A stretch of DNA of 64,000 nt from Lama guanicoe (Eukaryota): contig MU054212.1 in assembly GCA_013239625.1 (NCBI GenBank), positions 3,348,001-3,412,000 on the forward strand, given 5' to 3'. The position numbers and the translations under genes are program-made. This document shows, piece by piece, positions 13,307 to 24,618 of this stretch (within the stretch, counting starts at the first letter, position 1; the number at the start of each line of letters is the position of its first letter). The notes under the pieces are model-generated. The model saw nothing but the letters and a program-made list of their open reading frames with translations, had not been told where the DNA came from and searched no databases.

Positions 13307-14424
13307 AGTGAGTGATTTCAGTTACAGAAATGAAACATGTTGAAATGTTGACCCTTTGCCCAGCTTCCAGGCCTAGCCAGTTCTCAGGCCAATTGAATGG
13401 GAGGCCACTTTCCTTCAGGGAAGTCTCTGAAGCATCACAGGAGGCACCAGGAACAATTGCTCCCAACTCTTTCTCAAGGAGACCTGCCACCATTTCCGGA
13501 GTGTCTAAACCCAGGGTGAAAGCAAATACTCAAATCATTTTAGGACTCCTGGGTACAGCATTTGCGTGAAACTGATACCAATGAATCCCAAACACCTTCA
13601 TGGCCCCTTTGGTTAGGGCAGGGCAGGGTGGGGGTGGGGGGAAGGCAGATGGTAAATGGATTCATGGCTCCATCTGCCTCACAGCAGGTCTGATGTGTCC
13701 ACACACACCCCCCTGGGTCATCTCCTTAGCTCCTGAATGTATAACTGAATTTGACATACTTAACAGCAGGAAGAAACCTCAGATGAATTCCCTGATCTGT
13801 GAGGGAAGAGTTATCATGATAGGAAAGGCCAAGTGGAAGCTTCTTCCACCTCCCTTCAGGCCAAAAGAGGACATGACAAGCATTGGGAGAAAGGCAAAGA
13901 TTAGAGCCATCCTCAGGGACTTAAAGGATCCTCCTCATATCCCCATTTAATTTCTGCATCTTACTCTTGATGAAAACAGGTGCACCCAAAGGCTAGTGTA
14001 AACTCAGCCGAATATTAGCCCTGATCTCAGCTGTAATGCCAGATGTGCTAACTCCGGAGAGCAAATCATTTTTCATTCCCCATCAAGAAGGAGAACCAGA
14101 AGTGTGCATTCACTTAGAACTGACACTGCATGAAAGGTCTTGTCCCATGGTTTGGTGAGCTCTCCAGTTCTCTTTCGTGGTGTGGTCCAAAGGGAACTTG
14201 ATCATCTGGACACTCCCCTCAACACTGCACTGGCCCACCGTACGGATGACGTGGTGTTAATTCAACCTGGGGAGCGGGAAGGGGCAAGCACTCTGGGCGC
14301 CCTGGTAAGAAACATTCACACTAGAGGTTAGAAGGCAAGCCCTCAGGTTAGGAGATCCAGTGAAGTTTTTAAAAGTCCAGTTGTCTGGACGCCAAAGACA
14401 AGTGTTATACCTTGCACCTCCTAC

Positions 14425-15049
14425 TGGTACCAAACCAAACGTGGGTCCCCTGGCCCTTGCGCGGTGAAGCCAATCTACTGACACTGGGCTGCGGTGAGGG
14501 AAAGTGCAGCGTTTGCTGCAGGGCGCCAAGCAAGGAGGCCAGGGCAGCTAGTGCTCCAAAAGCTTGAACTCCCTGGTAGGTTTTGGGAGAGGATTTTTAA
14601 AGGCCAGGTGAGGAAGGGGCATTGCAGGGTACGTGATCAGCTCGTGCACAATTCTCTGATTGACTGATGGTGAGGCAACAAGGTGGTGTCACAGGGGTTA
14701 ACGTTATCGACCCTTAGGCACCAGTAGGTCTGGGGGCGTCATGCTCATGGTCATCAAATAGTTAATTTCTTCCTTTCGGTGGGGGTTTTAGCATCTGTAA
14801 AACAGCTCAGGACATGTGCATCAGAGACTACTCTCCAGGCACTTCAAGGGGAGCTACTGCAGAGGATAAGGGAGAGGGATCTGTTCCAGGAAGGCCCCAT
14901 AGGGTCCTGCTCAGCTACAACCCCCTGTTCTCTTTGACACTCAGTCCTGAGGAGGACGGATGTTGGACAAGAAAGGGAATAACATTTTGGATGGATAGGT
15001 CAACCATAAACTCGGCAGAGGAACTTGGTTTTAGGGGAACTTGGTTTCC
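14425..15049 (-). mobile_element. ERV1-like solo LTR inserted into ERVL pol
   Basis: Runs from 'tggtaccaaaccaaac' to 'ggggaacttggtttcc'. 4-bp TSD ctac/cgac. The flanks rejoin into ERVL pol (APPT|TEKAAQ). Confidence 0.75.
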
Positions 15050-15810
15050 CGACTACCGAGAAAGCAGCACAGTATTGGATAAGCCCCTTCAGATCTGGCA
15101 GAGAGCACACACTGCGCCTGGCGGCCCTTGACGCCCCGGAGGGTTGCAATTGATGCTTATTTGGACTGAAACGGATTCTGGGTGGAGGCTGCTCTGCACA
15201 ATGCCTCCTCCAACACTGCTCTTGGACAGCGTGTTCACAGATTACCGGAGTGTTATCATGGAATCACCCAAAATACTGCCTTGGGCGAATGGACCCACTT
15301 ATGCGAAAGGAGGCACAACACACAATCATGAGACTCACCCATCATTTCTATACACCTCATCAGCCAGCCACAAACTGCCAGCCAGAGAGAAAATCAGAAT
15401 GGCCTCTTCAAGTGTGGCCTCCTGTTCCCCACCCGGCTCACCCCTCCCCTGCAAGTATGGTCTGGATCACCTCCCAAATAACCCAATAACTGGAATCCTC
15501 CCGTCTATGCTTGCTTCTGGGGGCACCAAACTCAAGCACGGGTGTAATAATGGCCTGGGTTCTTGTCGTCTTTGTCAACATCATTCTTTCTCTTCTAAAC
15601 ACGCCTGTCTTGTTCCACTCCATTTACCGGGCGACTGTAGACAAAGCATTTGCCTGCAGCCAGCATACATCAAATTTTCCCGTAGACACCAATTCTTATA
15701 ATCAGGACACAGGTTTTATTAAATTTATTTCAGACTCTGAACTTGACTTTCATTAGGTCTGGCCTGATTTATTCTTAGTGCCTTGAGCCAGGGCTTCCTT
15801 CCACAGGAAA

Positions 15811-16055
15811 AAGCATATTGTAGTAAATTAGGCAGGTTTTATGAGGGGCGTATAGACAGTCCTGGGTTTGAATCTTCCAAGCTGATTGTATATGAATGTG
15901 GAATGAGCTCAGTCTGAGTATCGTAAACTCTGAGCTGGGTTTCATCCTCTGTCCTCTGACAATAACAATATGCATTTTGCAAGACTTTTCGCAAGTGTAT
16001 TTAAAGCAAGTTGCTCAGTGCCTAGCACATAATGAATCCTTAACTAAAGTTAAGT
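15811..16055 (+). mobile_element. MIR SINE
   Basis: 'cctgggtttgaatcttcc...aaagcaagttgctcagtgcctagcacataa' resembles the MIR core and 3' end. Confidence 0.6.
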
Positions 16056-17095
16056 TTCCCTTACTCTTCACCCTAACTCTGTGTGCAAACTCCTTTTTCT
16101 AATGTTCAAAACATTTTTCATATGGAATAGACATCACATCTAGGAGGATTACAGGAGATAAGTGAGAAAAGTGGTGATACACACAGTAGCTGCTCAATAA
16201 GTGTTAGTCCCTTTCCCACACAGCGCCATTTCTGTCTGTTTTAAATTGTCAGGCTTTCAAACAACAACTTTATCAGGCCATTACCGGAGAGAAGGAAAGC
16301 TCATTCCTCTATCAGACCTCAGTTCTAGCCATTTAGCTTCTACAACAGCAATTCTTGCACATCACACTTGCACCCCCACGCCAGGTCACCCTCCTCACCT
16401 GGCTCGGTGCCATGAGTAAGTTCCCCTCCTTTTACTCTAAAAGGATCAGCTTGGAAGGTTACTTTCCCATAAGCCAGGCAATTCCATTTCCATGCATTTC
16501 TCTTAGGAAGATGGGAGTGAAAAAAGAGATGAGGTGTGAAAGCGAGTGATGACGCGGCCACTTCTGACCAAATTCCATGCTGCGCGGCATGCTGGCTTTC
16601 AGGAGAGCGGCCGAGGTGCCGGAATTTGTACACAGGGTGGCCCAGTGGCTTACCAAGGCTAGAGCAGCGGGAGCAGCTCACCCACCTGCTGGGGATCAGG
16701 AGGCGAACTGGCTGTAGGAAATTAAAAAACAATCATAAAACTGACCAAAAATTGCCCCCTCACTTTTTTTTTTAAACCACATGGCAGCAATTCTAAATAA
16801 TGTTAGTGCTAAAAACTCCTCTCTGAAAACGCCTTTTATTGGACCGCTCAGTAATGACTGTGCTGTCACTACTTATCTTTTAGTAAACATTGCATTCCAC
16901 GTGGAGGTTGATTGGGTGAACTGTTGCTCCCAGCCGCCATGCATGGGGATTCAGCTACGTCCATTCAGTTCAGCATCCTGCCTCCAACCTCGTGGTACTT
17001 TATATATTCCTGCATTAAATAAACACGATAGCACAGAGATTGTATAGAAGAAAGAAAACTAGAGTTATTTTAATTCTGTCATTCTATGTGACCAT

Positions 17096-17600
17096 TGTTG
17101 GGGCTCCCCCAAATGTGCCCCCATGGCATAGTGATTATTCTGCATTAAAATTACTGAAGAAATGGCCAGTGCACAAGGGACACTCTGACCCTCCTTTCTG
17201 TCTCCCTGAAAATAGGAAATAAATCTCCCTGCATTTGGAGGTAGGACACCCTTATCACCAGAGATGGGGAGTTCGCTGAGAAGCTTATATCAGCAGCCTT
17301 GTTACTTCTTTAATTTACTACCCCAAGCCCAGACTCTTTTTAGGCTCTTCACTAACTGAGCACCCAAACCCAGGTTTCTTTTTCTTGTCAATTCCACACA
17401 AATGCCTTGCTCCTTTGTTTAAAAAGTATAAAAGCTGCCTGCTTTGGTTACTTCTTAGGTCCCATTTCTATAAGACCTTGAGGCACATGAATTAAAATTG
17501 GCTTCTTTTTCTCTTGTTCGTCTGCCTTGTGTCAATTTTAGTATTAGTCCAGCTACAAGAACTCAAGACGGACAGAGGAGGAAATTTCCCCTCCCCAACA
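17096..17600 (+). mobile_element. ERV1 solo LTR (MER34-group-like)
   Basis: Perfect 8-bp terminal inverted repeats tgttgggg...ccccaaca, 4-bp TSD ccat/gcat, TATAAAA at ~17427 and ATTAAA at ~17491. Confidence 0.85.
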
Positions 17601-18387
17601 GCATTCATGTTTCAAATTTAAAATAGGGAAAGAGTAAATGTAAACTGGGAAGTGTATTATTTTAGTTAAGTAATTAAACTTTTTAGTTCATATGAGAAAT
17701 GTATTTGGAATCAATTATTTCATGCTTGTTACTGAAAATCACTTTGTTGTACAGAGGAAAGGGGATTAAAATATGACCCACTTTGGGTGCAGATAGGTTC
17801 CGTAGGCCACTGGGGTAAATTCTGTCAGAAGAGGGGCTTCTGGTTTTAATCAGCATATACATTAACAGTTCCCATATTTTCATATGGGTCATATTTAACG
17901 TATCAATAAAACAATAACATATTCTAGAATTGCCTTCCCTCACATTACACAGAGAAAGGAGAAGTAAGTATTTTTTAATGTCAAAAAACAATAATGACAG
18001 CATGGAATAGCAGCTACGTGTAAGTTGTCACAATAATGATGTTCAATTTGGCATGAGTTCAATGACATAAATCAAAAGCATATCGCATTTACTCTACTCT
18101 CAAAACAAACAAAGACGGCTCAGGAACTGAGAAGTTTGGAAGTGCTTTTCTTCTACCGCGCAGGAAGCAAAAACATCCCAGTCCATTTAACCTTCAGATC
18201 CTTGTCTCCTTTGAATTTGCAGATAAAGCTGCAGCATCACTTTCTTTGCTGTCATTACTCATTTCCCCCATTAAGAGTTTATCCCATCACATAGGGCAGA
18301 ATTCACGGTCAAAATCACATTGGTGCAAACAATCGCAGGGAGAGGGGCACGAATAGACGGCCACACTGGGGTCTCCCCTCTCCCAAC

Positions 18388-18526
18388 CTTAGCACGATCA
18401 CTTCTATTGTCACTGTCTGCTGCTTTCTTCTTTGGCTTCTGAGGCTGGAATTTAGGATTATGGTCTTCACGCTTTAGATCAAGAATAAAACCATGTTCGT
18501 TAGACACGGATCTGTTAATGGCTAAT
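18388..18526 (-). other. Candidate exon (unconfirmed)
   Basis: Acceptor 'cctttttctag', donor 'AAG|gttggg', 139 nt with one open frame (LAINRSVSNEHGFILDLKREDHNPKFQPQKPKKKAADSDNRSDRAK) and 4 CpGs. I recognise no homologue. Confidence 0.25.
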
Positions 18527-19420
18527 CTAGAAAAAGGTTCTTCAAGAACAGAAGACTCGTTTGGCTGCCAGGGAGAGGAGCCATGGCAGACCTGGAAACA
18601 AACTTGGTTTGCTCACCATTTGGGGGCGTTCCAGCAGTTGTCTGAGTTTCACCCCAGGCTCTTCCCTTTTGCCTCTAGGGGCCAGCTGGTCATCGAACTT
18701 GTCTCTCTGGGTCAGCTCATTTCCACGCTTTAAGACTCAGACTCCCATCAGCAAGGTCAGGGCTGTTTATCTCCACAAGGCTCTCATGCAAACAGGACAG
18801 AATTTATATCCTAGTTCGTTTTTAAGAGCCCAGGAAGACTGCGAAATAGCTCGTGGTACAGGGAAAGCAGACGCATTACAAACCAAGGTGTATGGGCTAT
18901 TTCCTTGCTTTCCTTTCTGTACTATTGAATGTGCTTCTAATTCCCTAGGCACAGAGGTCCCCTCACAGCTGCTTTCATATGTCCCTCCAGAGAATTCCAA
19001 ATGCCCCGGCAGTGATTAAGAGAATATAAATCCGTAAGTAGCAGAATGGCTTCCCTTCATGAAGCAGTAAGGGCCAAATGTGGTTTCCACATAATGGAAC
19101 TATTGAGTCCTATTTTAAGAAAATCTGCTTAGAAATATTTTGGAGACCAAAAAAAAAAAAAAAAGAATGCTTATAAAATAAGAGAAGATTCAAAATCATT
19201 TATCATCACTGTTAATTATTTTTAGATTAAATTGGTTGTAATTGGACTGAATGATCGGGAAGCCTTATTCTCAAGATTCTTTTAAAGTATTCATATACTT
19301 TTTTTTCAAACTAAAATATTTACTAAATAATACATTTATTACAGTGTAATATAATATTTAAGAACCTCACTTACTCTAGCTTTATCAAATACCAGCATTT
19401 TCCCATATTTGCAAGCCACC

Positions 19421-19685
19421 AGGGCTGTATAGCATGATGATTGGGTCCTGATACCAAACTGATACCCCCTGGATGCAATCCCTGTGCTATTACCTAAATA
19501 AGTTCCTTTCTGTGTAATGTTTGGGTCCGTTTCTCAACCTCTCTGTGCTTCAGTTCCTCAAATGTAAAATTAGTATAATAATATCTCATAGGATTTTTTA
19601 AATGAGTTTTAAATATATTAATACATGTAAAGAGCTTAGGGAAGTGCCTGGCATACAATAAATACTCAACACATGTTTGTTATAA
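19421..19685 (+). mobile_element. MIR SINE
   Basis: Core 'ctcaacctctctgtgcttcagttcctcaaatgtaaaat' and tail 'gtaaagagcttagggaagtgcctggcatacaataaatactcaac'. Confidence 0.8.
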
Positions 19686-19719
19686 TTTTCTTAGGATTAA
19701 AAATGATAAAAAAAGTTGA

Positions 19720-22200
19720 GATACAGTTGAAGCCACCTGAGTACCCATTCCCAGCTCCATGTCTCCTAACAGTAACTGTCACTGAATTTGTTTTCCATTT
19801 CCAGGCATGCTTTTACGTCATTACTACTACCCTTGTGAAAGTAAGTGTTCATAAATGATATTTACACTTTTTGTACTTTCCGAACTTTGTATTAATGGTA
19901 TACTTTACGTATTGTTATGTGACCTTTTCGCCCAACATTAAGATTTAGACCTGCTTTATTAATTTCTCTAATAACTACTTCATTGTGTGAGTGGACCACT
20001 ATTTATTCTCTAGCCGACGGGATGTTTAGATAGTTCCCAATTCCTTTGCTCTTACAATGACTCAGTGAACATTACTGTGTGAATCTCCTTGTATACCAGG
20101 TCCTGAGTTTCTCTGGACTGTGTATCTGGAAGTTGAATGGCCAAATCAAAGGAAACAAATCTTTTCTTGGAGATTACCAAAATGCTCTCTCCAAAGCAGT
20201 GGTCCCCACTGAAGTGCCCACCAGCAGTGTAAGAATCTCTGTGGTGTGAATCCTCACCAAGATTTCATGTTCTCGGGCTTTAAAATTTGTCCCAGTCTGA
20301 TTGGTATGACACAATCTCTTGTTTTGATTTACCTACGTCTAATTACTAATTAGGTTAACTTCCTTCTCATAAAGGTACTCAGATTTTCCTGTGTAAATTT
20401 TCTGTTCCTATTCTATGCTCACTTGTCTACTAGATTGTTGGAATTTTTTCCATTGGTGTTATGAAAGGAAAATCAAACTGGAGTCAGTCTTGTTAAGAGA
20501 GCTCTCCAAAATGGAGCCAGGGGCCATTGAGGAAGTGGCTTCAGGCTGAATGAAATCTGAACTTTGACCACTTCTTGTTTTGACGTAGCCATTCGGAGCA
20601 TCTGCCTAATGTTCCAGAAACTCAAGATACTTATCACACCCTCACCCTAAAGTAACTCACGACAGCCTATCCCCTGAGGCCAAAATTTCCTTTCTTGCAT
20701 CAGGTCAGTCATGGTTCTTGAACAACCTATGGCTCTTGCCTTTATAAGTCCCCTTTTCTCATCCCTTGAATACTCTCAGTTTAATCTGAATCTGTGTCTC
20801 CTGAGCTGTAATTCTTAAGACTTCAGATAAAGCTCTTCGTGCTCGGCAGCCTTAATACTGATTGTGACTCCACGGTGCATAAGAGTTTTGTTTTGCTTGG
20901 TTCATGTGTTTTGTATACAAATCCTTTGGTAGGTAAGTGTTTGGCAAATATCCTCTTCAAGCCTATGAGTTGTTTGTTTCATTCTGTTTTGTTTACACTT
21001 AATTTATGGTACCTTTTTGGATAGTCTTTTTTCCTTCCAGTTTAGTCAAATTTATCAATCTCTTCCTTTATGGTTGTAATTTTTTTGTCTAGTTTTCAAG
21101 AAAGTCTTACCTTGAAGTGATAAAAATTCTCCTTTATTAACTTTTTTAAATTTAGAAGTTTTAAAGTTTGCTTTCCATATTTAGGGCTTCAATAAACTTG
21201 AAAAAATACATTTTCCATATGATATGAGGTGGAAATCTAATTTTATTTTTCATTATTGTTTTTATCGTGCTAACAATGTTTATTGAATAGTTCATTCTTT
21301 CCGTTACTGATTTTTATGCCATCTGTGTTATATTTCAAGTTTCCTTGCATACATGGACCCTATGCTGTTCTGCTGGTTTATTTATCTGTCCCTCTATCAA
21401 TACCACACAATCCAGTTTACTCTAGCTTTATAACCTTACTCATCTTTAAGGGCAAACTCCTCTCCCACCGCCCACACCACACAATTTTGCTTTCCTTCTC
21501 TTCTTTGGACACTTACAATTTTAAAATTTATGTTCTTGATCCTATACTCTTCCTTTAATTTTAGGATAGCTTGTCTAGTTTACAAAAGATTATGTAAAAT
21601 GTTTGATTGATATTGCCTTAAACTTAGATCGTAATTTAGTGGAAATCACATATTAAAATTCAAATCTTCTTGTCCATAAGTATGCAGTAATTTTCCAGAT
21701 CTTCTTTTAGGTCATTTGATGATATTTTGTAATTTTCTCAAAAAAAAACACTTCCATCACTTTAAGATGTATTTCTAAGTTCTTTCTGTTTTGGTTTGAT
21801 TTTTGCTATAATGATTACCTAGTCTAATCCTAAAGGAGTGTAGGAATACCACTGACTTTTTTATGCTGACATTGTTTCTAACAATTTTGGTGAATTCTAA
21901 CAAATTTGGTGAATTAAATGGACAATTTTTATCAATTCATATGCTCTATTAGCATTTTCTTCCAATTTTTATAGATTTTCTCTGTAAACAATTATCTTTT
22001 GAAAAACAAAGTGTGTCTTTCCAATATTTATATTTATTTCTTTTTCATCACTTATTTTATTGTCTCAGAATCTTTTACAATGTTTAATAAAAATGAATGT
22101 AAGAGAAATCTTTGTCTTCTTACTCTTACTGGAATACTTCTAAAGTTGAATCATTATTTTATTAAATAACTTTTGTATTAGTTTGATAATCATTTTATCA
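19720..22200 (-). mobile_element. Old L1 (L1M) 3' region interrupted by an LTR
   Basis: T-rich antisense L1 ORF2/3'UTR motifs, e.g. 'ccaccagcagtgtaaga', 'ttggcaaatatcctcttc', 'tgtttattgaatagttcattctttcc'. Confidence 0.7.
20457..20872 (+). mobile_element. ERV1-like solo LTR nested in old L1
   Basis: Abrupt change of composition starting 'tgttatgaaaggaaaatcaaactggagtcag'; TATAA at ~20743; L1 sequence resumes after ~20873. Confidence 0.6.
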
Positions 22201-22664
22201 TTACTGTCTTATTTTTTGCTTCTATTTTGTTTCTAGTCCTTAACAATGCTATGTTCTTTTTGGTCCTGATTATGTACACTTGACTTTCTCTTTGTATTTG
22301 ATATGTCACTGCTGTGTGTTTGGATCAGGCAGGATTGTCTAAGTGTGAAACCACTACACTCTTCTCTAGTAGTTTCCATCAAATTTTAAAAAAGATAAAA
22401 CTTATAGTCACCAAATAATCTGCCCGAAATATTAAAAAGTAGCTTTCAGAAAGCTGAAGTCTAACAAATTGTGATATTGTACCAAATCCCGGATGTTCAC
22501 TCTGGGCTATTTTATTTTTATAGCATCATGTTAGATTAGGCAAACATTTAAATTTGAGTTATCTTTTTCTGGCAGTATAACTCTTTTTGTTTCCTTGAAA
22601 ACAGGAGAATAATTTACTGAGGTGCTAAGGATTTTCAAACTGCTGGAGTTTTGATAGACTACGG

Positions 22665-22881
22665 CAGGAGTTGGCAAACTTTTTCTGTAAAGGGCCAGAT
22701 AGTAAATATTTTCAGATTTGAGGACCATATGGTCTCTGTCACAATTACTCAACTCTTCTGCAGGAACACAACCATAGACAATACACAGATGAATGGATGT
22801 GACTATGTTCCAGCAAAACATTACTTATAAAAACAGGCAGCAGCTGAATTTGGCCCACAGGCCATAGTTTGCTGCCTCCTG
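22665..22881. mobile_element. MER58A-like hAT-Charlie MITE
   Basis: TIRs 'caggagttggcaaact' ... 'agtttgctgcctcctg', internal 'gtaaagggccagatagtaaatatttt'. Confidence 0.85.
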
Positions 22882-23667
22882 ATCTGTGATAATCTTCAGA
22901 AGTGAGTTCTACATTAGATGTTTAAGCACATAAATACTATCTTAAAAATACTAAATCCATGAATAAAAATTTAACTTTAATTTTTCATAATTATGTAAAA
23001 TTAAAAAATGAAATGTTAATTTAAAAAAGGTTCACATAGTGTCAATATCATTTCTGAATTTTAGACTCGAAATGAATAAGGCATATGCTCAGACCATAAG
23101 ATGGATACACTTATTTTTACTTGGACACTGCTGATCAATAAATATTAATTAGACTATACTGTATAAATCATTAACAATAGTGACAGGAATTAATATGTTT
23201 AGATTTATAAATTATATTTCTTTGAAGGCACAGTTCTATCAGAAACCAATGTAACACAATAGTTTCCCTTTGACATCTAAATTATTTAAGGATCTATGTC
23301 CCACTACTAGAGGTGATATTAATAAGACTATGATACAGAAGGCAAAAAGGACTCAATTTTAATAGAACACAGGAACTCCAATGTTAAAATATTTCTGTAT
23401 GTGCTCAAAACTTAGCTACCAAAGAGGGGAATACAGGATTTTTCTATAAGTAGTTTAGAGTAGAATAGAATACTCTATGACAAGTATTTTTCTTTTTAGG
23501 AGAATTACAGTCACAACAACTGACCAGAACCAAAGTCAGGAAGCAGGCTGTGAGTTTCACCCTCAGCCTCCCTTCTCATTCAACGAATGCCAGTTTCTCA
23601 GCTAAGTAATGTGAATTCTATGCCCTCACATCTTGTCTCCTGTCAAAAGCAACGCACAAGAAGGCAT

Positions 23668-24618
23668 TTTTGCACAGCAAAGGAAACCGTAAACAAAACA
23701 AAAAGACAGCCTGTGGAGTGGGGGGAAAATATTTGCAAATGATGTGACTGACAAATGCTTAATTTTCAGAATATATAAACAGTCCATACAACTTCCTAAC
23801 AACAACAACAAAAACAACCCAAATCCACAAGGGGGCAGAAGACCTAAACAAGCATAGAAATGGCCAATAGACACATGAAAAAATGCTCAAAAGCACTCAT
23901 TATCAGAGCAATGCAAATCAAAACTACAATGAGGTATCACCTTACACCTTTTAGAATGGCCCTCATTAAAAAGCTCACAGACAATAAATGCTGGAGAGGC
24001 TGTGGAGAAAAGGGAACCCTCCTACGCTGCTGCTGGGAATGTAATTTGGTGCAGCCCTCATGGAAAACAATATAGAGATTCCTCAAAAACCAAAAAGTAG
24101 ACTTACCATATGATTCAGCAACCCCACTCCTGGGCATATATCTGGAGCAAACTCTAATTTGGAAAGATACATGCACCCCCAAGGTTCACAGCAGCACTAT
24201 TTACAATAGCCAAGACATGGAAACAACCTAAATGTCCACTGAGAGATGACTGGATAAAGAAGTTGTGGTATATATACAATGGAATACTACTTAGCCATAA
24301 AAAATGAATAAAATATGCCATTTGCAGCAACATGGATGGACCTGGAGAATGTCATACTAAATGACGTAAGCCAGAAAGAGAAAGAAAAATACCATATGGT
24401 ATCACTTACATGTGGGATCTAAAAAAAGACACGAACTTATTTATAAAACAGCAACAGACTCACAGACATAGAAAACAAATATATTCAGTATCTTGTAGGA
24501 ACCTATAATGAAAGAGAATATGAAAAGGAATGTATATGCATGACTGAAACATGCTGTACACCAGAAATTGACATAATATTGTAAACTGACTATACTTCAA
24601 TCTAAAAAAGGGGGAAAA
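23668..24618 (+). mobile_element. 5'-truncated L1 (ORF2 3' end, 3'UTR with internal deletion)
   Basis: ORF 23860..24075 encodes the L1 ORF2 cysteine-rich motif ([19 protein letters not shown]). A-rich tail. TSD aagaaggcat at 23658-23667 and 24619-24628. Confidence 0.9.

Larger units (their letters stand above)
11122..15570 (+). mobile_element. Degenerate ERVL-class (ERV3/HERV16-like) internal region with gag, pro/RT and integrase remnants
   Basis: Gag-like 'gagaacatgcccgggaagggatcttgaagatgctgga' at ~11860. IMIGKAKWKLLPP at ~13815 resembles ERVL IMVGKAKWKPLELP. VQRELDHLDTPLNTALAHRTDDVVLI at ~14185-14260 is an RT YIDD region decayed to RTDD. LYLAPPT|TEKAAQ resembles LHLAPPTTKKEAQ. Integrase-like pieces lie at ~15120-15420. 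Many stops and frameshifts; no 3' LTR seen. Confidence 0.8.

Noticed and set aside
14920..14936. Polypurine-tract-like sequence suggesting a provirus body on the minus strand
   Set aside because: The LTR appears to continue to ~15049, where the TSD and resumed ERVL pol show it is a solo LTR.
15144..15701. 185-aa ORF as a possible env or co-opted retroviral gene
   Set aside because: Overlaps frameshifted ERVL integrase remnants; no furin site, immunosuppressive domain or intact DDE triad seen.
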